Assembly: GCA_964106645.2 (NCBI GenBank)
Contig: OZ067039.1
Length of the DNA stretch: 64,000 nucleotides
Source of the DNA: Podarcis pityusensis
Taxonomy: Eukaryota
Direction: 5' to 3' (one strand)
This document shows, piece after piece, positions 1 to 12,208 of the stretch. A model generated the notes under the pieces. That model was not told the origin of the DNA. It searched no databases and saw nothing but the letters and a program-made list of their open reading frames with translations. Position numbers and translations under genes: made by a program. Position 1 is the stretch's first letter. Every line of letters begins with the position of its first letter.

Positions 1-806
1 AGTATTCATTTTATCTTCCATAATCTAATTTGGGAGGCTAGAGAAATTGTAATAACATACAAATGTTGTATTTTCAATGAGGAAAAAAGAAAAAACACAT
101 TTATTTTCATTGGAGCCCGATTTTAAAAAAAGAAAGTATCTTTAAATATTTCCCCTTGTGCTATTTTTGCATAGTAATTCTTAACTGTAAGATAAATTTG
201 ATTTATTTTGGTCATATAGCAACTTTCATTGTATTCTAATTTACAATCACTTATTTAGAATTATTTCTTTTTTGCATAGCACAAGTTATATATAATTGTA
301 TGAACTTTGAAATGGAGGGTACATAATAGCAAAAATCATATTGCAGTACATTTCTTGCTAGTTACAGAAGTGAACTAACTTGCTATTGTGATAAATTTTA
401 GCAATTGGCAGTAGTCACTTAATTTGTGATACAGTCTCCTTTTAGTTTCTTATTGATGGGAGTCTTTTTAAGAGGGAACATGTGGGGGAAGATCTTAAAT
501 ATCCTAGTCTAGTTAAAATATGAATTAACTATTGAACTATTTTTTATATTTTTATGAAAATGTAGTGTGTAGAATGCCTTTTGAATACAAATGTTCTATT
601 TAAATGTTTATGTAAGTTGTGCATTTTAGTCTGTAACCATTTCTATGTTTTGCAGAACTCAGATACTGTAATTCTAAAAGTACAAGAAAACTATTTGAAA
701 GTCATGCTAAAGAATGTATCATTTAAGAGGAAAGATTAATAAATTATTAAATGCAAATAAATGGCTTTATTGTTTATTTTAACAGAATGCAGATTCAGTG
801 CCAATA

Positions 807-1057
807 CAGTGGTAACTTGGTTGTCGAACTGAATCCGTTCCGGGAGTTCATTCGACTCCTGGAACCATTTGAAAACCAAGGCGCAGCTTCCGATTGGCTG
901 CAGGAGCTTCCTGCACTCCATAGGAAGCTGCAGAAGCCGTGTCGGACGTTTGGCTTCCAAAAAACATTCGCAAACCAGAACACTCACTTCCAGGTTTGCG
1001 GCATTTGGGAGCCGATTTGTTCGGGAGCCAAGCCGTTCGACAACCAAGGTACCACTG
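807..1057. mobile_element. Tc1/mariner-pogo(Tigger)-like MITE
   Basis: 23-bp TIRs (CAGTGGTAACTTGGTTGTCGAAC / GTTCGACAACCAAGGTACCACTG, 1 mismatch) flanked by TA at 805-806 and 1058-1059; no transposase. Confidence 0.88.
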
Positions 1058-2103
1058 TATTGCAGTTGGTTTCCTTAGCTGATTCTAGTCTTAAGGACCT
1101 GAAGCCATGGACAATAATGAAGATAATATCTTAAGAGATGGTGGGGACCTACTGTTGGCTAATCACTTACAGAAGAGAATGAGAGGAGCAAGAGTGGTAT
1201 GGAGATTATATCGAGGAGACTCATTACAGTTATTCTATGGCTGCTTGCTCTAATGGTTTGTATGCAATATGCTACTTAATATTAGTTCAAAGGCAATTGA
1301 GTAGCTGCAATACAGCAGCATTAGGGCTTTTGCTTCATGTCATGTTTGTGGACTTCACAGAGATGTCTGGTGGTCCACGGTGGGTACAGAATTCCAGGCT
1401 AATTGCGTTTTCGTCTGCTCCAGCCAAGGCTCTTGTCTCTTGTTTTATAAGCATGAGATCTTGCTAAGAAAACTCTCTAATGTGGAATGAAGAACAACAA
1501 AGATCTGGTAGGAGAAAAAAAGAATAGCTATCAAAACTGAAATGAAATGTAAACCTTAAGAAAACATTGATGAGAATGTATGGATGAGATTGAAATGGGT
1601 AAGAGTCGTTAATGGCCTTGTTGGTGCCTGATGGCAAACCATAGTCAGAAACTAATTACGGCTTGTTGTGAATGAGCAGGGTGTGGTTCATGCTGCTTAA
1701 TCACACTCGTTCTGCCCTGCTTCCTCTGGAAGAAAACCATGGCAATTGGTTTAGTGTTACATGTAGACTAGCACTTGTGGTTTGTAGCACTCCAAACAAA
1801 CATGACTTCTGCTCATGGTTTGGAGAGAACCAAGCTGTGAGTGGTGCTTTGCATGTAATGCTAAGCTAAGTTCACGGTCCTTCTCCTGGAAGCAGGCAAG
1901 ACAGATTAAGTGAAACCAAGCACCATGCACCATACCTTCATTCCCAGTAAGCCATTGTTTGCTTCTAACTGTTGTTTACCACTGCATGCAAACTAGTTAG
2001 CTCATTAAGGTATTTATTGAGCATGTTACCATCTTAGATTAGGGGCCAATCTACATGTTTTCTTTAAAAAAGCACAAGACAGAGTCTTTCTGATAATGTA
2101 TCA

Positions 2104-2288
2104 TAGGGGAGGGGAACCTGTGTTTCAGAGCCAAATGTGGCTCTCCAGGGTTTGCTTTTGGCCCTTGGAACTTGCCATAGGCCACAGCTTTCACTAGCCC
2201 TACTTTGTCCCCTCCTGGAGTGTGCTTTTGCCTGACTGGAATATGTCCTTGAACTCTGGTGATGCCTCTTGCTTGCCTGAATGGAGGA

Positions 2289-2320
<32 letters not shown>

Positions 2321-2400
2321 TGTTTAGAAACTAGCCTACTGTACAAAGGCAAAAGGTACATCCATTGATTCGCCCACTTTTGCTTCTGGCCCCAGTCAAA
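2104..2400. mobile_element. Degenerate hAT-type MITE fragment containing (GA)n at 2294-2320
   Basis: Starts TAGGGGAGGGGAACCTGTG, like other hAT termini in the window; second TIR not found. Confidence 0.45.
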
Positions 2401-4587
2401 AGGTGCACCACCCCTTCTCTACCATGCCAGATTACATTTTGGGGTGGTATATTGCTGGTCTTCTAGTAGTTTGCTGTTTATCGAAAACTATGTCGTGGAA
2501 AAAGAGCCTAGTCTAGTATTTTCTGGTGGACAATGATTTTTACATGACAAACCATTCAGTCATGTTTCATTTTGAACTGCCACTGCCTGGAGATGATGGT
2601 GCTATATGCTTTTTCCAAATGTATAGGTCGGTTTTAAGTGGCTTTTTCAGGTTTCATGCTGACTTTGTCAGTGTAATCAAACCTGCTGTAAATTATCCCA
2701 GTGAAGATTAGGCATCAACCACACAGTTAAATGTGAAGCATGAAAGTGTTTTAACTAACCCTTTTCCTCAGGGTAATACGCAAGTATGCCTGGGCTGCAA
2801 ATGAGAGAGATTCTCACAGATCTGATTTTCCTGCCTGAACAGATAAACACACATCATTGTAATGATAATGTTGATGTGGCTTTTCCTGCTTATGTGCAAA
2901 AGAGACTTCCAGCTATTCATGTTACCTAAAATATATATTCCTTACCAGATAGATTATCTCATATGGGTTTCAACAATGTTTGCTGAAGACATAGAAACTT
3001 GGGAGCAGGTATCTTTCAAATGTCAAAAAAAGTGAATTTTTTAGAAACAGATTTAATTTGAGAAATTTATCTAAAACCTAAGATAAATTTGTTCAAGGAC
3101 ATGGAATTGGTTATCTTTCTTTTCAACAGCAGCAAAAATAGCTATAATCTATAACCGGAAAATGCTGAATCTTCCCCCTGTTATGGATTGGTTGTTAAGA
3201 GACAAGGGACATGGTTTACATGGAAAAATTGACAACTTTGTGAGTAAAGGCACGTAGGCTGCTAAGAGCTTTATTGAAAAGTGAAGTATGTAATATTTTG
3301 GAACGACAAAGTGCCAAAAAATCTACAACCATAGATTTGGGGCAATATTTAAGGACACTCCTTTATGATGTTTTAACTGTGAATGAAGTCCTGTGTACTT
3401 AAGTTGACCATGTTAAAGAGATGTTGTTAATTGAACTTTAATTTATTCAACCTTACTCATTCCAATGAGAAAATGAATAGACATTATTTGATGAATAGAT
3501 CTTATTGCACTGATTTTATGGGCTGATAGCCATTTGGAGACTTGGAGGCATTTATTTTAGTGTTCAACACTGAGCATCATACAGCTTCACAGACACTTTG
3601 AAGAATGTACACTGGAACCTACGGTAGAGGCTTTCCTTCTCGTGAAGTCTTCTGTGGCATGGTTTGCATGTTTTTATTCTTAGAATATGTATTCAGAACA
3701 CTTTTAAACATACCTCTTGATTTGTTAAAGTCATTACAGAGTGGTTTAAAATTACTTGAACTGTATCTTGTTTTTGAACCTTTTATTGTTGTTTCTCAGC
3801 CTGAGAATGAGTGATATATCATACAAACAATTTGAATTGGTTTCAATAATTAATTACAGGAGAGGACAAAGAACATCAAAGGGGGGGAAATGAAAGCAAT
3901 CCATAAGCTGGTGTTGTTGTCTCTGTCAAGGGCAATTAATATCCTAATCTAACCTAGGGCAGTTGAGACCAGCGCATGGTATGCACAGATGTTGACAGAA
4001 TGTGGAGTCCTGTTAACCCCTTTGGGGTCTCTATCAAGCTCTGTCTTGCTATCACTAACAGCAGGGGGTCATTTGAAAACCAGGCTCTTTAGAGAAAGGG
4101 GGGTGGATTCCACGCTGTGAATCAAAGTGACATTGTCTTCTCCTTGTATTTAGCATCTCTATTGTTATAAAACATGTTCTGCTGCATGAAAAGATTATTT
4201 TACTTCTTGAATTATGTACATATTTGGTTGATTCCCCTCATCTGAAATAAAGATAACAACTGGTGTAATTTGTTTTCTATATACCACAAGAAAAGCAATT
4301 TTGTGTGTGCAGATATTTTCCTATGTCTACCAACTGTTTGTGGTCGCTATATTTCCAGTAGCTAGAGTTTCAGAGAAATGTGGGCATTAAATGGGAACCA
4401 TGTGGTAGGGAGTAAAAGATCACTTCCTGCTTTTAGAACATTAATTGATGAAGCCCTTCTGACAAACATATTCAGTCTTTGGAATTGTGATAAAATATAG
4501 AAGCAGCAGTCTCTGTTGAAGAGAGTTTTATTTCTTATGGACATTCATAGAGGGAAAATGTAGAATACCATCCTCTGTTGTTTACAT

Positions 4588-4930
4588 AAAGGTAAAGGGA
4601 CCCCTGACCATTAGGTCCAGTCGTGTCTGACTCTGGGGTTGTGGTGTTCATCTCGCTTTATTGGCTGAGGGAGTCGGCGTATAGCTTCCGGGTCATGTGG
4701 CCAGCATGACTAAGCCGCTTCTGGTGAACCAGAACAGCGCACGGAAACGCCGTTTACCTTCCCACCAGAGCGGTACCTATTTATCTACTTGCACTTTGAC
4801 GGGCTTTCGAACTGCTAGGTTGGCAGGAGCAGGGACCGAGCAATGGGAGCTCACCCCGTCACGGGAATTCGAACCGCGACCTTGTGATCAGCAAGTCCTA
4901 GGCTCTGTGGTTTAGTCCACCCGGGTCCAC
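4588..4930 (-). mobile_element. Sauria SINE (Squam1), slightly 5'-truncated
   Basis: AAAGGTAAAGGGACCCCTGACC tail, CACGGAAACGCCGTTTACCTTCCC and GGTACCTATTTATCTACTTGCAC body motifs, tRNA-like B box (TTCGAACC on +). Confidence 0.9.
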
Positions 4931-5290
4931 ACAGAGACACTTTATTGATTGCCAAGTATACTTGCTATATTAGATACATCTCACCTACTGGGGTGTGGAG
5001 GGGTGGTAATGCTGAAGGAAATAGGCTGACATTCTTGAAAGTAGCCGGCAAAAGAGAAACAGAATTCTGCAGTTGGCTGACAAAGAGGACATTGGCAGAG
5101 TTCAAAGAAGTACAGTATGTTGTTTCTTTTGAGAAAACCAATTCTGCTTTACATGCTAGTGCTAGTTGTCCAGTCCACCCCATGTTTATTTTCAGGCAGA
5201 TATTGTGGAAACAACATCTTCTCCATAAGGCTGTCACAAGGAAACAGATATTGTAAAAAGCTGTCCCTAAACTAAGTTTGTGTGTGTAGT

Positions 5291-5654
5291 AAAGATAAAG
5301 GTACCCCTGCCCGTACAGCCCAGTCGTGTCCGACTCTAGGGTTGTGCGCCCATCTCACTTAAGAGGCCAGGGGCCAGCGCTGTCCGGAGACACTTCCGGG
5401 TCACGTGGCCAGCGTGACGAAGTTGCTCTGGCGAGCCAGCACCAGCGCAGCACACGGAAACGCCGTTTACCTTCCCGCTAGGTAAGCGGTACCTATTTAT
5501 CTACTTGCACTTAAGTGTGCTTTCGAACTGCTAGGTGGGCAGGAGCTGGGACCGAAAGACGGGAGCTCACCCCGCCGCGGGGATTCGAACCGCCGACCAT
5601 ACGATCGGCAAGTCCTAGGCGCTGAGGTTTTACCCACAGCACCACCCGCGTCCC
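5291..5654 (-). mobile_element. Full-length Sauria SINE
   Basis: 5' end GGGACGCGGGTGG on - strand, same body motifs as the 4588 copy, CpGs intact, 12-bp TSD GTGTGTGTAGTA (5280-5291 / 5668-5679). Confidence 0.92.
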
Positions 5655-6746
5655 TACACACACCCGTGTGTGTGTAGTACAGAACAATAAATTCTCTGTG
5701 TTGTTTTGCTCTTATCTGCCTGTTTGCATTTACTGAATGTTATCAAATTATTCTGGTTTATTATAGATTTCTAGTCACCACCTCTGGATTTATTCTAGTG
5801 TGTTAGTGGACTCTTAATGTGAAATTCCATTGTTGTATGACCACACACTACCTCTCTTTTTGGAGGCATTTGTCTGATAATAGGCAGCAGGGTGAGGCAA
5901 CTGTCCTTTTAGGTCTATGAACAGAAGGAGGATCTTGTTATTCCTGTCCATCCTGTCAGTGCACTGCATGCAAAGTGTCCTCTCTTCAAAAATGGTTTTA
6001 GAACACCCAGAAACGAAGAGATAAACCCATGTTTACTTCTGTTCTTTAAGCTGGATATTGTTACCAACTTTCTCTTTCTTGATATTTGAGCCCGTTGCAC
6101 CTATAAAATGTTGTCAAGGGGCTCTCTCTTTCTTTGGAAGGAATTGTCAGCAGCAGCGAGGAGTGTTTTCCCCCCTGTCAGAACCTGCAATTATATTATT
6201 CGTAAACTTAGTAAGGGTACAATACTTGGTAATATATGAAGGCTTTAGATAGCTTTTTTGGCTAATAATATGTGTTACTGTACCTGGGTGGATAAAATCA
6301 CTTAAAAAAACCACCCACAATTTAAGTTAGTGGGCGCCTGTCGGTCGGATCTCAACAGGAATGCCGTTTCTCAAAACAGGGGCAGGCAAATGACTGCGGA
6401 GAACGAGGAGGCTACTGATATTGCAGGGAATCTGAAGGAGAAGCCCTCCCGCAGAAAGCAGTGACCTCCTTGGGCATTTGCGTGGAAGAATTGCGCACCA
6501 TACCCGATTTGAATCCATTCCTCAATGGTGGCTAGGCATGCGTTTAATCCCCTTAATCGGATACTCCGAGGGGGACTCCCAGACTCCTATGCAAACCGGG
6601 ACCCTACTTCGCCGCATCTGCCCGGATTTACCACAGCACAGGCGCCCACGTTGCTGCTCCGACTTTCCCCTGTAGAGGGCGCGGAAGAGCAACAGTTTTT
6701 TGTAATCATCGACTTCAAAAAAAGAAAAAAAAGGAAGAGATTCCTG

Positions 6747-6850
6747 GTCACGTGACGTGCCCGAATCCTCCTGCGCTTCCTTTCTGGGCGAGGGCGGTGC
6801 TCGCCTTCTCCCGGCGGCGTTGGCTGCTTTCCGCCGGGGGGTCACGTGAT
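6747..6850. promoter_or_regulatory. Paired extended E-boxes (USF / MiT-TFE CLEAR-type)
   Basis: GTCACGTGAC at 6747-6756 and GTCACGTGAT at 6841-6850. Confidence 0.6.
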
Positions 6851-6949
6851 GAGCCCTTAGGCCCCTCCTCTCAGCTGCTGGGCTTTGGGGCGGTGGGGCT
6901 GTGCTGGCCGCGGGGGCTGCTGGGTAATCCGACTCCAGAGAGGGAAAGA

Positions 6950-7258
6950 GAAGGAGGGAGGCGGCGGCGGCGGAGACTGGCGTCGTCGGGGAGGCCTTGA
7001 CCCCGCCGCCCTCTCGCGTTTCAGCGCAACCCCGGCTCGGCGGCCCCCAGACATGGAGCGGCGGGGGAGCCGGAGATGGAACTCCGCCTCCGCGCCTTTC
7101 TCTCCGCGGTGATCTCCCTCGGCCTGCCCCTCCTCTCGCCTGTGGCGGCGGCGGCGGCTGCTGCTTCTTCTTCTGGGGCCTTCCTGGGTCTCCTCACGCC
7201 CGCCCGGCGGTGGCGGCAACCGGGAAATGGTCGGGGTGTAGCGACGGAGCCAGCGGAG
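6950..7258 (+). other. AFF4: AFF4 non-coding exon 1 (5' boundary approximate)
   Basis: Consensus donor GAG|GTGAGT at 7258/7259 within the CpG island; exon 2 has only 4 nt before the ATG so needs an upstream exon. Confidence 0.8.
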
Positions 7259-10200
7259 GTGAGTGACCGGGCGGCTCGGGGCTGAGCTGGCGCCGCTGTC
7301 GGTGGCACTTGGGCTGGGGCGAGGCAAGGTAAGGTAGGCCCCGCTTCACCCCCCCCCTCAGGTAGCGGGAAGAAGGAGCCCTCCCTGGGGGTGGGTGAGA
7401 CGGCCCCTCCCTCCTCGCTGCCGAGGGCAGCAGGCTCTTATTACACCCCCGTCCCAGACACCCCCCCTCATAGAAAGCGTCGAAAGTCGCCTCAGGATGT
7501 ATCTCCCCCGCTCTTTCCCTCTTCTTCCGGGAGCGGTGGTGGTGGTGGATGGGTAGGCATTTTCTGCTTCCGCTCCTCCCTCTCTACTTTGGAATGGGCT
7601 TCCTTTCTTCGCTTCTCCCACGCCCCGGATTCTCCCCGTCCTCCCTCCTTCGAAATTCAGGGGAGCTCCTCTCCCTTGGATCCCTTTCCTGCTCTGTCGG
7701 TTACTGCTCTCCGTACTTCATCCTTAAGCGAGGCATCCCCAGAACGACTGCTAGCATAGGGATAAGCACACCTGGTTACTAGCGCTTCTCTTTCTCTCCC
7801 CCCCCCCATATATATGCCGTATCACATAAATGCACACACGTGAGGGCTTCTGATGATACATTGTGTGTTCGAAGGATGGAAGCAGAGATGGGACGGCACT
7901 GCCTTTCTTTCCCAGAAGTGCCAGTAGCTTGAGATAAATGTGCATCTGAGCTTGTTCTTGGATGGTTTTGCTAACTAAACCACCACCACCTCCTCTATTG
8001 CAATAGTTGGGTTTTAATCCCACTCACTCCAGTGATCAGTCAGCAGTTTGTTCAGTTTGTTATGTTGTTGAAATACTGAGTAGCTCTTAGGACAGATCAG
8101 GCAAAGCGATTGTAGATTTGTAGATTCTGTAGATTGCTTTTTGAGTGAGTTTTCTGGCAGATCCTATCTGTCTATGTCAGCAGAAGTTCCTCTAAAAGTG
8201 ATATGGGGATTTCACCATCTCTTTTGTTACTATACCCAAAGCTGCAGTAGTCTCGCCATTTGAAGGAAGTACTGTCTTGATCTCTGTTACCCCACACAGA
8301 ATCTGAATTTGAAATGTCTTATCCAATGTAACAAGGATAAGATACATCTTAACTGTATAACTATTAACTCTTTAACTGTAATACTGAGGGCAGGTTTACA
8401 TAATACAAGTTCTGTATTTGTGGGACATCCCAACTGTCCTTAACAATGAGTATTAACAAATATAACATGTGAATTGCGTAATTGTGAACAGAGCAGTCCT
8501 TCCGCAAAGGTCTACTATCACTGGAACTCCTGCTGGCACAGTTCATGTGTTGTGTTGATCTCAGTACTGTATGTACACCTGAGTAAGAACAATCATAATT
8601 ACTTGTGCAAAAAATGTATTTGAACTGCTTGTGTACAAGTATGGAATGGTAGCTATAGTTTGGATGGGATCCAGAAAGCCTTGGATGATACAGCTCTGGG
8701 CCAACAGTGTTGATAGAAGAAGCTTTCAATTGTGTTGATCTCTTTCTAGGCAGCAATGAGATGTTAATGAGTCAGACTTAGTTCCTTATCATCTGTTGAA
8801 AGAGCTTGACTCTGGGAAATGTGAAAAAGAAACATTTTACAATTTACTATATTGCCTTAAGGAATCAGGACAGTATCCCTGCACTGTGATTTGAAATGTA
8901 TGGTGTTGAGAGTGAGAGGAACGAAAGTCATTCAGCAAAGAGTAGTGTTCCAAGGAAAATACTGCTCAGACAAGTATCACACTTCTTTCCTTTTGTTTAT
9001 TACTGTGCCTGTTACCTTCAGCAATTGACTGTTGTTTATCAGGCTGATAATTTAATGGGGACATTTGGATTTAAATCTCTTGAATCCTATTGCCGATAAT
9101 AGGATTAAGCTAGTTTAAATCTAAATACTTTGCTTTAAGTGACGGTGAGTTCATAACCTAAGCCCCACAATTTGTTTGGACTAAATTTTCTATATATCAC
9201 AAAATCAAGGCTAAAGAATCTCTTAGCTTACTTTGTATGCGCTTGACTATTACTATGGGATGTACCAGAACAGAAGTTTAACAAAGACTCCACCAATACT
9301 TATGAGATTACACTGTTTATTGTCAATAAAGTTATGATTTCCTCCTGACTTAAATCTTGTCTCAAAGCTGCTGTAGCCACAAGTGGGGGCTGATTTCTGG
9401 TTTAAGCTCTTAAGCCCATATGTTTTCCTCTCTGCACATAATAGCCTCTAGATTGGAGCAAATTTAAATTTGGCCTTCAGCACAGGGGCAAAGGGTTGCA
9501 AGTCCAAATTGCCCCCCTCCTTAAAGATGTCATGGAACTCACATGCCATGTATAGGTTTATTTTTTTACCTGAATGGAACTTAAGTTTATTCACCCTCAT
9601 CTTCTCTATCACTGACCCGAGACGAATAGAGAGATGACACTGCTTCACCAGGAGTTGACATTTGTCATCAGTATATTGATAGCCAGGTCAGGTAGCCAGC
9701 ACCAGTTGATGTAAGTTTTCTGAGTAATTTTGAATTAGAAAACTATTTCTCCTCTCCTTACGTATAATGTGTGTGATTCTTAATTTGCAAAGTATATATG
9801 CTTTCTAGGGAAAATGACCTGTTAAATTGTAGTTTAATTGGTATGCAGCAGGGAATCCATTTGGTGATTTTATCCTCATCTTCAGTTCTAAACTGATGAT
9901 ATGGTGAACTAAAACCTGTCCTTAGATCTTTGTCAAAGGCATTTTTTGGGAGACAGGGAGTTGTCTTGGTTAGGCCAAAACTTGGATGAAGAGTCTATAT
10001 ACTTCCTGACAGAAGATCCCTGCCAGTGCTTGTGTCTTGCTGTGTTCTCACTGTTTAGTTATTCTAAGGTAGATTGCAGTCGTTGTCATTTTAAAATATG
10101 TGACTTCCCAGTAGCAAGTGGCAATCCCATGAAAGAGGTCAGTGAATAGACATAGGCCTCCCTAGTCCATTTCTAACATTTTATTTTCTGGAGCACCCTG

Positions 10201-10616
10201 GTTCTCATAATATTTCCTATAGAATGTACCCTGCCCTTTTATGATTGTTTGTCTGCAAGGCACTATATTCACTGACACTGTATAAATAATCAACAGTATT
10301 TATCTCTTCTGTTTTAAGAATCAGGTGATCATAGTTTGAACATGCAACTAAAAATGAACTATATGCATAATCAACAGCTGCTTCCCATTTAGTGATGTTT
10401 GGAAATGCTAAGGGCATGAACTGCCACTATTAAAGTGTTTAAATAATATCCTAATAAATACTAAACTAATACCAAATTTCTGAAATGAGCTTTGACCAGA
10501 AACCATGGTGTAGCAAATTTAGTGGCACTCTGCTGACAGTAAGACTTTCATTAGAGGGAAAGGGAGGAAAACCTCCCTCTGTATTCCACCCCCCCCCCCC
10601 AAAGATTGCTCTAGAG

Positions 10617-10968
10617 CAGGGGCGTCTAACTTCCAAGAGACTGTGATCCACTCACAGATTAGAAAACTGGCAGTGATTTACCCTGTTTTTGGGGTGTTCA
10701 GGTCAAAGTTGTTGAGCTTCTTTTAGGGACAAAAATGTCAAAATTGAGGAAAGGGGAAAACTCACTCACCAAAACATTGCTAAGAAAATAATCTGTCTCA
10801 CAACGAAAAGTCTGTCTTCCATTACAGCTATCATGTGAAAATGGAGGACAGGCCAAGGGGGTGCTGCTGGATGCTCTGATGACAATGCAAAGGAAAAGGA
10901 GACTGTGATCAACTGGAACCTTCCAGGGATCAAACAGTCGATCCCGATCGACCTGTTGGACACCCCTG
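10617..10968. mobile_element. hAT-type MITE
   Basis: TIRs CAGGGGCGTCTAAC / GTTGGACACCCCTG; perfect 8-bp TSD CTCTAGAG (10609-10616, 10969-10976). Confidence 0.9.
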
Positions 10969-11289
10969 CTCTAGAGGATCCTCCAGTGTGTCAAGCATAG
11001 CAACTGAGAGGGTCTGCCTTTGTAAATTACAAACTGCTTATTGACAAATCAATGGGTAATGCAAGAGGTCTTCGGGAGATGTGGAAAGGAGATCCTAGGT
11101 ATCAGCACTGTGAAACATGACAGGTTTGATAAGGTCTGGCCCTATTTTATAAGTTACATGAATAACTCACCTGCATCCACTGCACCATATGACAATGTGG
11201 AATTACATGGATATGAAATTACCTGTTCATTGTGTTGCTTAGTGATCATTGTATTGTAACAGGAAAATATATTTTGCGTTTGTATATCC

Positions 11290-12021
11290 CTGGTCCTGAA
11301 TGGGGTAACTGTGCCCCTGAAGGATCAGGTGCACAGCCTGGGAGTCATTCTGGACTCACAGCTGTCTATGGAGACGCAGGTCAATTCTGTGTCCAGGGCA
11401 GCTGTTTATCAGCTCCATCTGGTACGCAGGCTGAGACCCTACCTGCCCGCAGACTGTCTCGCCAGAGGGTGCATGCTCTAGTTATCTCTCGCTTGGACTA
11501 CTGCAGTGCACTCTATATGGGGCTACCTTTGAAGGTGACCTGGAAACTACAACTAATCCAGAATGCAGCAGCTAGACTGGTGACTGGGAGCAGCCGCCGA
11601 GACTATATAACACAGGTCTTGAAAGACCTACACTGGTTCCCAGTACATTTCCGAGCACAGTTCAAAGTGTTGGTGCTGACTTTTAAAGCCCTAAACGGCC
11701 TCGGTCCAGTACACCTGAAGGACCATCTCCACCCCCATTGTTCTGCCCGGACACTGAGGTCCAGTTGCGAGGGCCTTCTGGTGGTTCCCAGAAGTTAGAG
11801 GGAACCAGGCAGAGGGCCTTCTTGGTAGTGGTGCCCGCCTTGTGGAACGCCCTCCCACCAGATGTCAAAGAGAAAAACAACTACCAGACTTTTAGAAGAC
11901 ATCTGAAGGCAGCCCTGTTTAGGGAAGCTTTTAATGTTTAATAGGTTATTGTATTTTAGTGTTCTGTTGGAAGCCAGCCAGATGGGCGGGGTATAAATAA
12001 TAAATCATTATTATTATTATT
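11290..12021 (+). mobile_element. L2-clade LINE 3' fragment
   Basis: Frameshifted ORF2 C-terminus HALVISRLDYCSALYMGLP..LQLIQNAAARL..LHWFPV..FKVLVLTFKAL and AFLVVVPALWNALP; (TAT)n tail. Confidence 0.9.
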
Positions 12022-12048
12022 ACCTTTTAAATCACACTGTGACTATTG

Positions 12049-12166
12049 AATAATATTTATTAATAATTTCAGAATTACAGAAAAAAAATAAAAATAAAAA
12101 ACAGCACTACAATACATAAAAAGAAGAAAAAACGCAAAACATAAAAACCAATACATCAATACAGTA

Positions 12167-12208
<42 letters not shown>

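Larger units (their letters stand above)
6330..7760 (+). promoter_or_regulatory. CpG island / AFF4 promoter
   Basis: Sharp GC- and CpG-rich island in AT-rich DNA, GGC repeats, contains the only upstream strong donor, ~15 kb 5' of the first coding exon. Confidence 0.9.

Noticed and set aside
736-1134. Overlapping 62-127 aa ORFs, and a possible exon of the expected upstream neighbour ZCCHC10
   Set aside because: The ORFs are mostly the 807-1057 MITE; no zinc-knuckle or Ser-rich ZCCHC10-like sequence is visible in 1-6300
4840-5654. tRNA genes suggested by GTTCGAA B boxes
   Set aside because: These are tRNA-derived heads of Sauria SINEs; no cloverleaf
6327-7782. Many ORFs on both strands in the CpG island
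   Set aside because: Expected from stop-poor GC-rich DNA; only ATG-initiated uORFs inside exon 1 were kept
11232-11941. 188-aa and 67-aa ORFs as a host gene
   Set aside because: Frameshifted L2 ORF2 remnants
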